Source: Octopus vulgaris (Eukaryota). Taken from it: 64,000 bases of DNA. Where the stretch lies: contig OX597821.1 of the NCBI GenBank assembly GCA_951406725.2, positions 16,492,001 to 16,556,000 of the forward strand, given 5' to 3'. Shown piece by piece: positions 25,433-39,000 of this stretch (its first letter is position 1; every line of letters starts with the position of its first letter). The position numbers and the translations under genes are program-made. The notes beneath the pieces were generated by a model. The model saw nothing but the letters and a program-made list of their open reading frames with translations. It had not been told where the DNA came from and did not search any database.

Positions 25433-25690
25433 TAGGATCGCGGTTTCGATTCCCAGACCGGGCGTTGTGAGTGTTTATTGAGCGAAAACACTTAAAGCTC
25501 CACGAAGCTCCGGCAGCGGGCGGTGGCGATCCCTGCTGTACAGTTTCGCCACAACTTTCTCTCACTCTTTCTTCTGTTGGCCTGCTCGCTTAGCCAGCGG
25601 AGTGGCGTCATTTGAAGGCTAAAACAATGCGAAATGCATTGTGACCAGCGATGTGTAGCAACATCTGATAGCCTGGTCGGTCACGGTGAT
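25433..25690 (+). mobile_element. SINE family B tail variant 2, 5'-truncated
   Basis: Starts at TAGGATCGCGGTTTCGATTCCC; remainder matches ~5378-5634; inside (TA)n. Confidence 0.9.
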
Positions 25691-25709
25691 ATATATATAT
25701 ATATATATA

Positions 25710-26082
25710 GGCGCAGGAGTGGCTGTGAGGCAAGTAGCTTGCTTACCAACCACATGGTTCCGGGTTCAGCCTCACTGCATGGCACCTTGATAAAGTGTCT
25801 TCTGCTACTACTACCTCGAGCGGACCAAAGCCTTGTGAGTGGATTTGGGAGACGGAAACTGAAAGGAGCCCGTCGTATATATGTGTATATATATATATAT
25901 ATGTGTATGTATATGTTTGTGTGTCTGTGTTTGTCCCCCCAACATCGCTTGACAACCTATGGTGGTGTGTTTAAGTACTAGGCTTACAAAGAATAAGTCC
26001 CAGATTGATTTGCTCGACTAAATGGCGGTGCTACAGCATGGCCACAGTCAAATGACTGAAGCAAATAAAAGAGTAAAACAGT
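25710..26082 (+). mobile_element. SINE family A with internal deletion
   Basis: GGCGCAGGAGTGGCTG head directly after (AT)n; family A tail. Confidence 0.9.
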
Positions 26083-26109
26083 ATAAATATATATATACCA
26101 ATGGGTACT

Positions 26110-26689
26110 GCCTGAAACGATAGCGAATCGGATGATAACAGAATATTTTGTGGTCTGAGTTCATATCCTACCAAACTCTTCTCATAGTTCTTGGCTCAAT
26201 TATGGATAAATACCAGTTGAGAACCACGAAAGATTTATATCAATATAATATATCGGAGAAGTGAACGGATTTATACTAGCAGACATTTCTGGCTTGGTAA
26301 AATAAATAAAAGTCAAGTTTTGGGAAATAATTTAATCGAATGTAAAATTCCCGAAATTACGTGGCCAAGTGCCAAATTCATAAATAGTATATCGATGGAG
26401 TAGCGAGGTCTGTAGAGTGTTGTGCCTATAGTAGAAACAATTATGCTTGTTGTTGTTATCATTATTATTATAATGACAATGCGGCGAACCGTCAGAATTG
26501 TTAGGAACCCGGGTAAAAAGCTTAGCGGTGTTTCTTCTGGCTCGTTATCTACTGATCATCTCAAATTCTGCTGTGGTCCATTTTGCTTGTCATCATTTCG
26601 GTGTCGATAAAATTAGTATCGTTTTGAGCACTATATCATCATATTTTCTCCACCCCACCCGAAAATACTGGCCTACTGCTAACATTTGA

Positions 26690-26742
<53 letters not shown>

Positions 26743-26748
26743 ACAGTG

Positions 26749-26803
<55 letters not shown>

Positions 26804-27340
26804 CAGTAGTAGTAGTGGTAAGGCGGCGAGCCGGGCAAAGTACTTAGCGGAATTTCGTTCCTCCTCACGGTCTGAGTTCAAATTCCGCCGACGTCGACTG
26901 TGCCTTTCTTCCTTTCGGGATCGATGAATTAAGTACCAGTTGCGTACTGGGTTGATCCAATCGATTACCCTCCTTCCTCCAAAATTTCAAGCCTTGTGCT
27001 TAGAGTAAACAGGATCGTCGTCGTTGTCATCGTCGTCGTCTTCATCGTCATCGTCATCATCATCATTATCATCATCATCATCATCATCATGATTATCATT
27101 ATCATTATTATTATTATTATTGGTTGGACCGTTACATGTCGCAAAACAGTTTTAATAGTATTGCTTCTGTCTCTTTGTTCAAATTTCCGAGTTCAAATTT
27201 CAATTAGGTCCAACTTATTTTTATCATTCATTTGGTGGGGGATAAAGTTAGTACCAATTAAGCACTAATGATGATATAATCGATTTTCCCATCTCCTCGA
27301 AATTGTGGACTAAGTACAAAATTTAGGAAGATTATTATTA
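26110..27340 (+). mobile_element. Head-to-tail cluster of SINE family C copies; best preserved copy 26821-27013
   Basis: Repeated GAGTTCAAAT...AAGTACCAGTT...ATCGA...TTGTGC modules at ~26110, ~26480, 26821 and ~27170, separated by (ATT), (TAG)n 26691-26820 and (ATC/ATT)n 27014-27121. Confidence 0.75.
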
Positions 27341-27512
27341 TTTTTTATTATTTGCTTTTGTTTTAATTATACAAGCTGCAGGCATGTCTCAAACACAAAC
27401 GTCAAGGAAAAGGTGAAGTAAAATGCAACTTAAAACACTTATCCCAGTATGCTATCAAAAATTATCTTTAGAAATTTTGCAATAAGCCTAACTATGGTAG
27501 TGTTTAGATATA

Positions 27513-27922
27513 GGCGTAGGAGTGGCTATATGGTAAGTAGCTTGCTTACCAACCACATGGTTCCGGATTCAGTTCCACTCACTGCGTGGCACCTTGGGCG
27601 AGGGTCTCCTATTATTGCCTCGGGCCGACCAAAGCCTTGTAAGTGGATTTGGTAGACGGAAACTGAAAGAAGCCCGTCGTATATATGTATATATATGTGT
27701 GTATATGTTTGTGTGTCTGTGGTTGTCCCCCAACTTCGCTTGACATCCGATGGTGGTGTGTTTGCATCCACGTAACTTAGCGGTTCGGCAAAAGACACTG
27801 ATGGAATAAGTACTAGGCTTACAAAGAATAAGTCCTGGGGTCGATTTCTTCGACTAGAGGCAGTGCTCTAGCATGACCGCACTGAAATGACTGAAACAAG
27901 TAAAAGAGAAAAGAGTAAGAGT
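27513..27922 (+). mobile_element. SINE family A, full length
   Basis: GGCGTAGGAGTGGCTATATGGTAAG head through GAAACAAGTAAAAGAG tail. Confidence 0.92.
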
Positions 27923-28703
27923 ATAGAGAAATTTAGGTAAACTATGTGTGGTACTCAAAAGTATGATTTTTTGCCACTCACTTATTTTGTGGGAGGTTTG
28001 TGAGCTGAGTCTGCAGCATACATCAAACGGTAACTTTTCAATTTGATTTTTCTCACTGATATCTGGTCATTTAGCTCAAAATTCCAGACTGGTCAGTACG
28101 CTTATATTCCAAAGGCTGATAACGTCAGCATTCTAGACATCTTGAGGTGTCTTTCGGTTATCTTTCTAAGGGAGATTTAATGTGAGGGATAATGACCAGT
28201 GTGTGTACTTATCTGCCCTGTCCTATGACAGCAAGTGTTCCGAGAGTGCCAGTTGACCGAATACAGAGTTTCTGTGGTCGATCGTGTCTAGACGTTACGC
28301 ATGAACGAGACGATGTTCTGCTCTTATGTTTTCAGATAGTCCCTAGTCTTGCAGCATCATCATTTTGGGGCCGGGGAAATAAGTACCAGTTGATTACTGG
28401 CGTCGATCTAATCAAGTCCAGTAATCACTCCTTCTATAAATTGCAGGCTTCGTGACTATAGAAGACGAATTATTATCCTGTGAGCGTAAGCTAAAACAGG
28501 GAGTTGTACACATTTGTCTTAGTGTGTTTGTCTGCGCGTTTGGAAAATTACTGGAAAACACCTAAATGAATTTTCACCACATTTGGCAGAAATGTTCATT
28601 GAGTGAGTAACACGAAATGATGAACATTTAGTTTGATCACTTTTAAAAGAAAATTTCTCTTAGATTAAAAAATAATTGAACTTGCAAATTTTCCAATACG
28701 CAC

Positions 28704-29220
28704 GTGGTCATATTATTTTGTTCACTTTCTTTTACATATGAATCGACCCCCATCTGCGTGTGTATAGATCAGGGTGTAGCTACGCGCATAGATACGTGTG
28801 GATACATACATACATAAATACATAGATATGCGACTCTGTGTGTGTTCCTATGTTTGTGTGCGTATGCGTGTGCGCGTGCATGTGTGTGTGTATGTATGGT
28901 TAAAGATTCGTTTATTTACGACTTTATTTCTTAATTTCACCGGAGCATAAATACCTATAACGGTGATAATAAAAAAAAATTAAATCGGACTCATAAATTT
29001 CCTGACAAGAAAGTGATCATATTATTTTGTTCACGTTCTTTGTTCACTTTCGTCTGCGCGTGTAAAGATCTTAGCTTATGCGCGTAGACACGTGTGCGTA
29101 CATACAGACTCTGTGTGCTTATTTGTTTGTGTGTGTGTGTGTGTGTAAATTGATGGATTCGAGGTTTTTGTTTATTTACGAGCTCATTTCTGAATTTTTA
29201 AGGAGTATAAGTACTTAAAG
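28704..29220 (+). repeat. Old direct tandem duplication, ~310-bp period
   Basis: GTG(G/A)TCATATTATTTTGTTCAC...TCTGCG...GACTCTGTGTG...GTTTATTTACGA...GGAG(C/T)ATAA at ~28704 and ~29012. Confidence 0.75.
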
Positions 29221-29459
29221 AAATAATTATTCAGCTCAATTAAATGTATGGGTAAACAACTCATGTAGGCCACACTATAATTTGTGAAACAATTTGTATG
29301 TTCACAGGGTATACATCGCACCTCTGATGCCTTTTCGTTCATTATTATCATCATCATTTATGGTTTCTTTTCGTTATAACACAATCTCAGCTGCCAAGAG
29401 TCGCAAGGGCACTTTTGTTTTGCTATGCATGCTAAAATTATTATCACATTTATACCATT

Positions 29460-29762
29460 TTAGATGAGGAGTGCATTCCGTAATATATGGGCTGTTACCA
29501 AGGAGTTGTTTAATATAAATTATCAGCTCCCATCTTTATCATTCCCAACACACCAATTACTACTGGTGTTATCCTAGTACTAAGCTTCCATATTTTTGTG
29601 ATTTCAATTTGCAGATCATTATAGTGAGAAAGCCTTTTCATATTCCTTTCTTGAGACATTTTGATTTTGTGAGACAGATATGTCTATTAACAGTCAAGAT
29701 CCTCTCTTGTAGTCCTTGATTACAATGTCTGGTCGATTGGAGTCAATTTTTATGTCTGTATC
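29460..29762 (-). mobile_element. R4/Dong-type endonuclease fragment
   Basis: Minus strand reads TDIKIDSNRPDIVIKDYKRGS*LLIDISV and terminal LLVTAHILRNALLI*. Confidence 0.8.
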
Positions 29763-29954
29763 GGGAAGTTTGGGCGAAATTCTTAGCGGCATTTTGGCCG
29801 CCGCAAATTTCTGAGTTCAAATTCCCTCGAGATCGACTTTACTTTTCATCTTTTTGGAGTCAATAAAACAAGCATCAGTTGAACACTAGTGTCGATGTTA
29901 TCGACTAATCCCGCCCCACAAAAGTGCTGCCGTACTGGCAAAATTTGAAACCAC

Positions 29955-29991
<37 letters not shown>

Positions 29992-30269
29992 TATTATTTA
30001 GACGATGAGGTGGCAGAATCGTTAACATACCTGGTAAAATTCTTAGCAGCATTTCGTCCGTTCTGAATTCAAATTCTGCCGCGGTTGACTTTGCTGTTTA
30101 TCCCTTCGGAGTCGATGAAATAAGTACCAGCGTACTACTTGGGTCGATGTAATCGACTAGCCCACTCTACCCATAAAATGTTGGTTATTGTGTTACCGTA
30201 GAAATTATCATGATCATCAACACATCATCATCATGATCATCACCATCATCATTATTATTGTTATTGTTA

Positions 30270-30328
<59 letters not shown>

Positions 30329-30965
30329 TAACGGTTTTACGAATTCGTCATCAGGTCAATCCATATAATTTCAAAGAGTTGTCTAGAGAGATATATAACG
30401 CGTTTACTCCAGTCAGTATAGTAGCTGATTTTGAAGGTTCAGCGGAAACTTTCTCACATGAATGTCTTTAGCACCAGCAGAAGACTGGATAAGCGTTTGC
30501 GAATTCTATGCATTTCAGCTTATCTTTGAAAATTAATTTCTTCTACTCTAGAAACAAGATTAGAAATTTTTAGAAGAAGGATAATACGATTATAACGACC
30601 CCAGTACGCAAATTGTACTTGTTTCATCGACATCGAAAGCAAAGTCGTCCTCAGCTTAAATTTTAACGCAGGACATAAAACCGGAAGAGATTCGCTAAGC
30701 ATTTTGTCCGGTATGCTGATGATTCTAGCATCTTACCGCCTGGTTGAAAGATTAATAATCCTTTCTACAATAGACACGAAGCCTGAAATTGTGGGGGAAG
30801 GGTATAGTTGACTATATAGACCCCAGTGCTTTACTACGACTTATTTCATCGACCCGCGGGAGATGGCGAAGTCGATCTTAGCAGAATTTCATCTCAGAAC
30901 GTAAAGACGGACGAAATGCCCCTAATTATTTAGTCCGACGTGCTACCGATTCTGCCGGCTCACAC
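29763..30965. mobile_element. SINE family C cluster: two + copies (29763-29955, 30000-30205) and two - copies (~30530-30740, ~30755-30965)
   Basis: C-family head and central domain on both strands, with (ATT)n tails at 29955-30000 and 30250-30326. Confidence 0.8.
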
Positions 30966-31071
30966 TCTGTGTTGAAAATTGATAATGACTAACACTAAAT
31001 AATGGTCAGACACGCTTTTAACATGCTGACATTCTGGAAACAACAAAATCAGAATAAATCGGTTCTTCATT

Positions 31072-31121
<50 letters not shown>

Positions 31122-33349
31122 TTTCCTCTTTGTTCGCAATTTTTGTTATTGTTCATATTGATGTTGATTCTGCTTTCTCTCACAGTCAAAATAAAACCAA
31201 TTTTCAATACATGATATATTTTGATTTGCTCTTTGATTCCTCACAGATTTAATCTTTACTCTCTACACTGTCTAGACCCAGAAAAAAAGAACGCTGAAGT
31301 TCAGATAAATGTACAAACAAAGTATGTATGTATATAAATAAATATTTTAAAATTGGAAAATACAAGCCTCTATTGAACATACTGGCGTCACAGATTTAAA
31401 TTACCCATTCATTTGAAAAATATAAATAAAAAGATGTTATATGCTGTGTGTTTTCCCACATTTTGGTATTTTTAGGAAATCACATAATACGTTCAATAGC
31501 ATATGTTTTGACCCGTTACAGAGCAATGCGAAAATAAACATTATTCGAAATTAGTTAAGTATAATCATTACATGATGTTTATTATGCTTTTAACTTTTAA
31601 TTTTATTTGAATTACGCAGATAAACATTTCTGGGTCATTGGTTTATTCCTGCCATTTTTGTTCTATTTTGGACAACATGAATATATATTTTTTATATGTG
31701 CTCATTGTAGTCTATATTCATATCTATATAGTAATTTACATATCCCCCACCCGTACCAATACACACCCACACACATTATATTGCGTGTGTGTGGGGGGGA
31801 GGGGGTAAACATTAAGCTCTGTAAGATATATTATATAGATTATTGTAAATACAAAGGACACAAATTACAAAAGCCACACCATTGAATAAATCTGTTTTTA
31901 CTAGGCTGAAAGAAGTTCATATTTAGGAATGGAATGTTCAATAAAAATATGATTATTTGAATGACAGCGACAAGGAGGACAACGAAAACATGAAGAATAA
32001 ATTAATAAGAAAGAAACTACAAATTATTCAATGTCATGTCATAGATTTCGGATCACATGTAAAGAATGGGATACAATGATCGATGGGGTCCGTTTTCATA
32101 GTGTTAGGAGAAAAGGTGATACATTTTTCATTGCATAGTACGTCGCAAAATGACGAGGGTTTTCTCCCAAATGAAGAATTAAACTTGGTAGAGAAAGCTG
32201 ATAATTCACTCATCAGATCACTTGCAGTATTGCTACTTAGATCGACTTGCTCTTCTTTACGTTGAGGAAATGTCAGTTATGTGATAGCTCCAAGGACACG
32301 TCATAGCATATTGAATGCTGGACATCTCATCTGATTCTCTTTGCCACTTAATCAGCTTAACCACCGGTACATTATCCTAAATCGCTACGTTCGGAACTCT
32401 ACCACATTTTTAATCTTCTTTAGTATATATAACTTAAGTTGATTTCAACTTGACGGTACTTTATTGCGTATTTTGTTCAAATTATATGTTATTACATATG
32501 ATACGTATTATATAATGTAAAGAACACATAGTCCGAGATAAGTGCAGTGCTGTAAAGTTTACACATTTGTAAAAGTTTGTATATAGTACCAGGTTTCTAT
32601 ATCCGAATGTTTGTTTTTAATTATAAAAAAAATAATAAATCATACTTAGCTTTTCTCGTCATTTTAAGGATTTAAGACTGGAAAATTTATATCTCTACAA
32701 TTTCTTTAATTAAAAGCAATTTTTCCATTCTTTTGCACTCAATTCAGTCATGCAATTATCCATGAGAGTATGACGTGAATGTTAGCCGTATATCTTGTTA
32801 TCGAAATTTTAACGACACCTTTCGGTAAAACGGCGAATTCTATCTAACAACACCATCGAATACATACGAAGTTTAATGATGTTTACCGCAGTAGAAGGAA
32901 TCTTGAAATGAAATTGATAATTTACGCCATGCTGTTTTTTAAATTAATGGAGCCAAGTGTTTGCTGTTGCATTATTAAGAATGTTCATCAACTTATGAGT
33001 AATAATTCTAAAATTAATAACAAAGCTATTCAGGCTTAATAAAACACGATAACCACTTCATGTGTGCAACATTTTTAGATTGGCTATTTTGAGAGGATTT
33101 CTAAAACCTGAATTAATTTCTATTGTTTTGTTTCATATTTCATATAAGGAAGCATTTTCTCATTTTCCGTTCATTTTAAAACTTATGCTACTACTATTTT
33201 CTGAAGTATTTCAGGTTCTAAAATATTATTTGTTCTATGCACTGAAACAGTTTGAATAACTCCAAAGTATTGAAGTGAAGTCTGGTGAGTGATGAAGTTT
33301 GATTGTTCGTGGAACTGTTATTTCATAAATCGCGTTTTTGTATAAAATA

Positions 33350-33512
33350 GGCGCAGGAGTGGCTGTGTGGTAAGTAGCTTGCTTACCAACCACATGGTTC
33401 CGGGTTCAGTCCCACTGCGTCGCATCTTGGGCAAGTGTCTTCTGCTATAGCCCCGGGCCGACCAATGCCTTCTGAGTGGATTTGGTAGACGGAAAGTGAA
33501 AGAAGCCTGTCG

Positions 33513-33568
<56 letters not shown>

Positions 33569-33777
33569 TGTGTCTGTGTTTGTCCCTCTAGCATTGCTTG
33601 ACAACCGATGCTGGTGTGTTTACGTCCCCGTAACTTTGCGATTCGGCAAAAGAGACCGATAGAATAAGTACTGGGCTTACAAAAGAATAAGTCCCGGTGT
33701 CGATTTGCTCGACTAAAGGCGGTGCTCTAGCATGGCCGCAGTCAAATGACTGAAACAAGTAAAAGAGTAAAAGAGTA
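33350..33777 (+). mobile_element. SINE family A, full length, young
   Basis: Complete head, internal (TA)(TG)n tract and AAAAGAGTAAAAGAGT tail. Confidence 0.94.
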
Positions 33778-33789
33778 TCTGGTTTTATC

Positions 33790-34420
33790 ATCTATACAAA
33801 TATTCAAACACGAAGCTCCAAGTTATGGGTAGCCTACATCGAATCAAAGGACAAATAGTTTCTTTGTCACAGGAAAGTCAAAACTTATTTAGATGTTTTG
33901 TAAATGCAAAAATTAATCGGCTCACAATGGCAAATACCCAAAGAGAGCTAATAATGCCGATGTTGACAAAGCCCTTACCCATCAATGGCTAATGGCTTCT
34001 GGCTTAAAATAAGAAACAGAAGGGTTTATCATAGCAGCCTAAGATCAATGCTTACCTACAAGAAACTTCCAGGCCAACATATTAAATAATGGTAGCTCCT
34101 CAATATGTCGTGTATGTCAACAACAAAATGAAACCATTGATCACGTTGTCTCCATGTGCAGTCTTCTTGCGGCAACAGAGTATATCAACAAGCATGATAG
34201 AGCTGCACAATATATTCACTGGATAATTTGCAAAAACCTGAGCCTGCCTCGTGATAAAAGCTGGTGGGAACAGACCACCTCCAGTGCTTGAAAATGATCA
34301 CATCTTACTCCTCTGGAACTTCACCATTCAAACTGACAGAAAGATAGATGCAAATAGGCCAGACCTTATATTGAAAGACTTCAGACAAAAATCATGCCTC
34401 CTCATTGATATGAATATCCC
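33790..34420 (+). mobile_element. R4/Dong-type non-LTR retrotransposon fragment (knuckle + endonuclease start) with stops and frameshift
   Basis: DVDKALTHQWLMASGLK*ETEGFIIAA*DQCLPTRN...CRVCQQQNETIDHVVSMC...YINKHDRAAQYIHW, then LLWNFTIQTDRKIDANRPDLILKD...LLIDMNIP. Confidence 0.9.
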
Positions 34421-36119
34421 AATTTACACCATTCGAATTTGTATTATGAATATTTCACATGAGTATAGGTTTTGTAGCGTAACATCTGTAGGTCGCCATG
34501 TAATTTTCATTAAATTTTACATTGAAGTTCATTAAATTGACTACATATTTCCTGTCACAAGGTCACGTCTTTCCAGCGGAATACAGAGAAAGATTCTGGA
34601 TAAACGTTTTACTCGATATGACGCTTCATAATCTATTTAATGTTGGCCATTGCTTCTAGAGTTTTGTGTTACTTGCTACGATACGACTGCAGTTATACGA
34701 TGATACTTTTCGGTATATATTCGAGAACTTGAGTCAAGATGCAGAAGGCTGGAACACTTACATATGGCATTCCGTTCGACAATTTTAAAGTTCCACCAAT
34801 CCAATCCAATCCAATTCCCTAGTTTCATAGTCTATCGACCTCTAAAGAGTGTCAGACTAAGCTGGCTTCAGCGTAAGTTACTCTTACAGAACAGATAACC
34901 AGATCAAATACAGCCAGACGCACATTCCAACATTGTGAAACATTGTAAAACGCTGCCAATTCATAGGCTCCATACAAAAGTATAGTTTTCTGCCAACTTT
35001 GGCTATCAATGACAGATGACCATTGACAAATTTCATGGAGTACTTGTTAAAATAGTTTCAGCTATAAAGTTATGTATGTTTACATTCTGAGATCATATTC
35101 CAGTGCTATACTGTAGTCGAATACAATGTCAACATCAGTGGTATGCTGTTATTATCTTTGACCAAATTCGTTAGTGTGTATCAGTGACCAACGGCAGTAT
35201 AAAGAGTAGACAATGCTGCTGCGTAAAACATTTGTGACTTTGTATCAAGTGTATGAAACATTATTTATCTGCATCGTTTTCTCGCCACTTCTAACAGTGA
35301 TTTGGAAAATTGAACATTCAGTGATATATAATTCAAATCTATATTAATATAAGTGTTATTTTCTCCATTTCCTTTCCATTTTTAAAATATACATATCTGA
35401 CGATAATGCATATGGGTATGCATTATTATCTGAGTAATTTTTTTCCCTTGTGCTCTTTGCGACAAACGGTGATCAGTTACCCTTGATGCATACAAAATAT
35501 GAAGTGACATATTCTTTGCTTTATCAACCTGTGAGATTTATCAAGCATGTGATATGGCACCTATTTTGGCCTGTCGTTTATTAAAACCGATAGGTATTCC
35601 GACCTATAAAGGACTTTTTCACTGAACAGGAAAACAGTGACAATGTAATTAATTGCTTCTTTACAACCTCACTTATTTGTTGCAGATACTTAATGCGCAA
35701 TGCTTCACTACACGCTTTAATTTCTTGTTGAAAGATTTTGATTCTGTTCAGCAATAATAAAACTCTTTACTCTTAGCTAGTGTTGCGATGTTTATTCATA
35801 AATTTTTCCTCTGTCCAAATTTTTCAGAGGCTTTTGTTATCATGTTAGCTTTGCAAAATGTTTTTTCTTAGATTTTCGCTTTTTCACAATTTCTTATCAA
35901 CAGGCTGTCACTTTAGCTACTCTTGAATTCGGTGGATTGCTTTAAGACAAAAACTGCTTTATGTGTGTGGCTGCGTGAGCGACAGAGAAAGAGAGTGAGT
36001 GAGAGAGATGAAGAGAGAGATTGTGTTTGTGTTTACTTGCAAGAAAGGGAAGGAGATAGAGCATGTGTTTTTCGGTGTTTTATGTTGTTTATATCAGTTT
36101 GCTAACGTAGTTTCATAGC

Positions 36120-37250
36120 TTCTTCTAAATTCCTTTAATACCCGATGGAGCATTGGCAATAGTATGCATTTCTTCCCAGTTAAACACCTGCTAGTGCTTC
36201 AGTTTATGTACACCTTCCCCATGTTGTTTTTGGTCTGTTACAATTCTGTCTCTCTTGAGTTATCTATTGGATGGTTTGAGTTGTATTGCTAGATAAAGTT
36301 TCCCGTAGGTTTGCACCCCAGCCAACACATTTTCTCCTCTTAATCTTCACTTCGCTAGTTTGCGGGTACGTCCATTCTCATAAGCCTGTTTGTGAACGAT
36401 GTTCCGGAAAGATCTATTTACAAACATTTGGAACATTTTGATGGCGAACTTTCTCATACTTCTCATACTTACAGAGGAAGAGTCTAAATGTCGATGTTAA
36501 AGACTGAATGTTGTTTTAGTTAAGAGAGGCTGTGATGTTTGGGGACGTCTGGACATCTTGAAGGCAATAGTAGCTTTGCAATCCTTGCTTTTAAATGCTG
36601 ATCTGTTCCACCCTTTTCACTGACAGCGCTTCCCAAGTATGTTACATGACTGACATCTTCAAATCCATCTCTTCTGGCTGTGAACCTGATATCATTGCCT
36701 GCATGCACTATCACGTCGTTCTTTCTCCTCAATTTTGGTTTTCATTGTAATTTTCACAGATGCTAACCTCATTGCTTGGATCTTCTCTTGCCTGTCAATG
36801 AAATACCGGGATGAAGTCAATATCTTCCAGATTGTTGAATAGGGACGGTTTTGTTACTCTGGATTGTAATTTGGTTACTTCTTTCATTACACAAACAATT
36901 CAGCTGACTCAAGTAAAGCAAAGGTAGATAATAGATGTCCATGCTTCACGCCATGAGAATACTGAATGGTTGTGACCAAATTCTATAACGTGCAACTTAT
37001 GGTGTTGATCGTGTCATGCTTATACTTGTAACTTCTCGAAACGAAGTAATAGTTTTGTCTCTGATACCAACATTTCAAAGCGATTTGCACAGTGTATGCT
37101 ATTAAATGCCTTCTCATAATTGATAAATGTCACGTACAACTAGGTCATTCATTTCAGTGACTGTTCGATGACGGTTAGCAATGTAATTCTTTGCTCCGTG
37201 CATATCGCTCCTTTTGGAATACTGCCTGCTCATATTCGTAAACGTTTATG
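36120..37250 (-). mobile_element. Decayed RTE-clade LINE reverse transcriptase remnant
   Basis: Minus strand: CTEQRITLLTVIEQSL..LYVTFINYEKAFNS, GVKHGHLLS, NLEDIDF, EDVSHVTYLGSAVSEKGGTDQHLKARIAK, RPKTTW. Confidence 0.85.
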
Positions 37251-37479
37251 TTGTAGTTTACTCTATATTTTCTGACTTCTATTAAATAGTTTTAAGCTAT
37301 TTACAATTGCAGCGAGCCCTTAAAATTTTGGTTTAGTTTTTAGTTTAAGGAGAATCCGTTATCTTATGTGTTTATGTGTGTGTAAGTGTGTGTATGTGTG
37401 TGTGAGTCTGTCTGTCTGTGTGTATGTGTGTGTCGTTTCATCTTTTCTTTTTTTTATTTTTGTCGACAAATCACTTAGC

Positions 37480-39000
37480 GCCCATTTGATAATATTATCA
37501 CTCATCATTTAAATAGCTACAGTACTCATGCTTGTCATCTGACTTTCTTTACAATTCAGATCTATTTAATTATTAATCTAATGCATTACATCCTAACATT
37601 TTCTTTATTTTTCTGTTGTACATTGTCTGAAACATTAATATTTCATTTACATATTTTGTCTAATATTTTTCTATCATTTTTGTTTGATATAACATAGTTT
37701 TAGTGTCCGTATCTACTTTTCCTCTCTTCAAGGTTACGTTGACTCTAATTCTAAACCACATCTAATACCGAGAGTACAACTTCAAGCTATTCTTATACAA
37801 AAGATGGCTGATTTGTCACTCTTTGTCCGCACGCAAACTAGTTTAGCTTTTATCCATAGCAATTGGGTATTTTTTTAATTATTTCGCTTCCCGTTATTTT
37901 TGTGTATGTCTACGCAATTCTTTACAATTTGCTCATGCCGAGTTTAATTGCAATTGCTTGTTATTGTTGTTACTTTAAGATTTCATGATGAAATCTTGGA
38001 TCCTGGAAAACTCCATGCAGAACTCAGAAAGTCCTACTTTAAGAACATTTGTTGATTGCTATTTTGATCAACATAAGCCCTTTTCGTGTATTTGTTTATT
38101 CACCAGTTCCTGTATTCAGGTATTATCATCAACAAAGTTTTTTGTAGTTAAATAAACCTTCGGAAACCAAAATATTGTAGACTTGTCGTATTATATGATT
38201 TCTCGTTTCCTTTTTCTATGCGAGATTTTCCAGCTAGTGAAGCAGATTTGAATAATTTGTTCGTTCACTTTTTTCATCCACTATTGTTATTACTCTAGGC
38301 GTAATTATTATTACTGCCAGATGTTTAAGATTTCTAGGATTTTATCATTCCCTATGGCCATCCGATATCTTTTCCTTCCTGAAGCGACTGAGCTCTTTAT
38401 TCAGGTGACATACTCACACACAGTATGTATAGTTTTAGACAAGATATTCTCTTGTCATAATTTCGCTCTCTATATATGCTTCCACGAAATTATTTTGCTT
38501 TTAATATTACATTGCTATCCATTTCACTTTGTTTTGTAAATATAAACGCTTTAAGCTCGATTGGAACTCATTTTTGTAAACCGTTTTCACTGCTGTCATC
38601 ATCCTCATTATCTCCATCACCAACGTATGCATCCCCATGCTCCCAGTGTGTTTTCTTGAAGTTGTAGTGTTATCTCCGTTTACTTCATCAGTTTCCCCTT
38701 TGTTATAGGATTTTGTAGTTTTTGATGTTATTCTACATACATCATTCGAACACTCCTCCAAAATGTAATTCACAACTTCTACAGAGTTAATAATCACATC
38801 ACATCATGGTATCGCAGATACAACCCTGAACTTTTCGCAGTGACAAACGTACAGGTATTTTTGTAGTTTTCCATCAGTAATATGACGACTTTGAGGAGAA
38901 AATAATGACGCTAGCTCGCTTTTTACTCTGAAATTCCATTCACCAAACTCTACTCTATGCTAGTGTTGCATTTCTTTTCTACAGAGGTCGCCGCGTCCTA
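37480..39000 (-). mobile_element. Possible very old LINE remnant
   Basis: A-rich minus strand with weak RT-like traces (WSFPGSKIS, cf. W.APG.D.I, near 38000); no solid motif. Confidence 0.25.

Noticed and set aside
29763-30326. SINE C as the direct partner of the R4/Dong elements because both end in A/T trinucleotide repeats
   Set aside because: On the sense strand SINE C ends in (ATT)n whereas the R4-like elements end in (AAT)n, and I see no shared 3' sequence.
26110-30965. CRISPR-like repeat-spacer array
   Set aside because: Repeats are ~200-bp diverged SINE copies with irregular microsatellite linkers in eukaryotic DNA; no cas genes.
35660-35765. Terminal exon (TTGTTGCAG acceptor with AATAAA downstream)
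   Set aside because: Such signals are expected by chance in AT-rich DNA; no ORF or upstream exon support.
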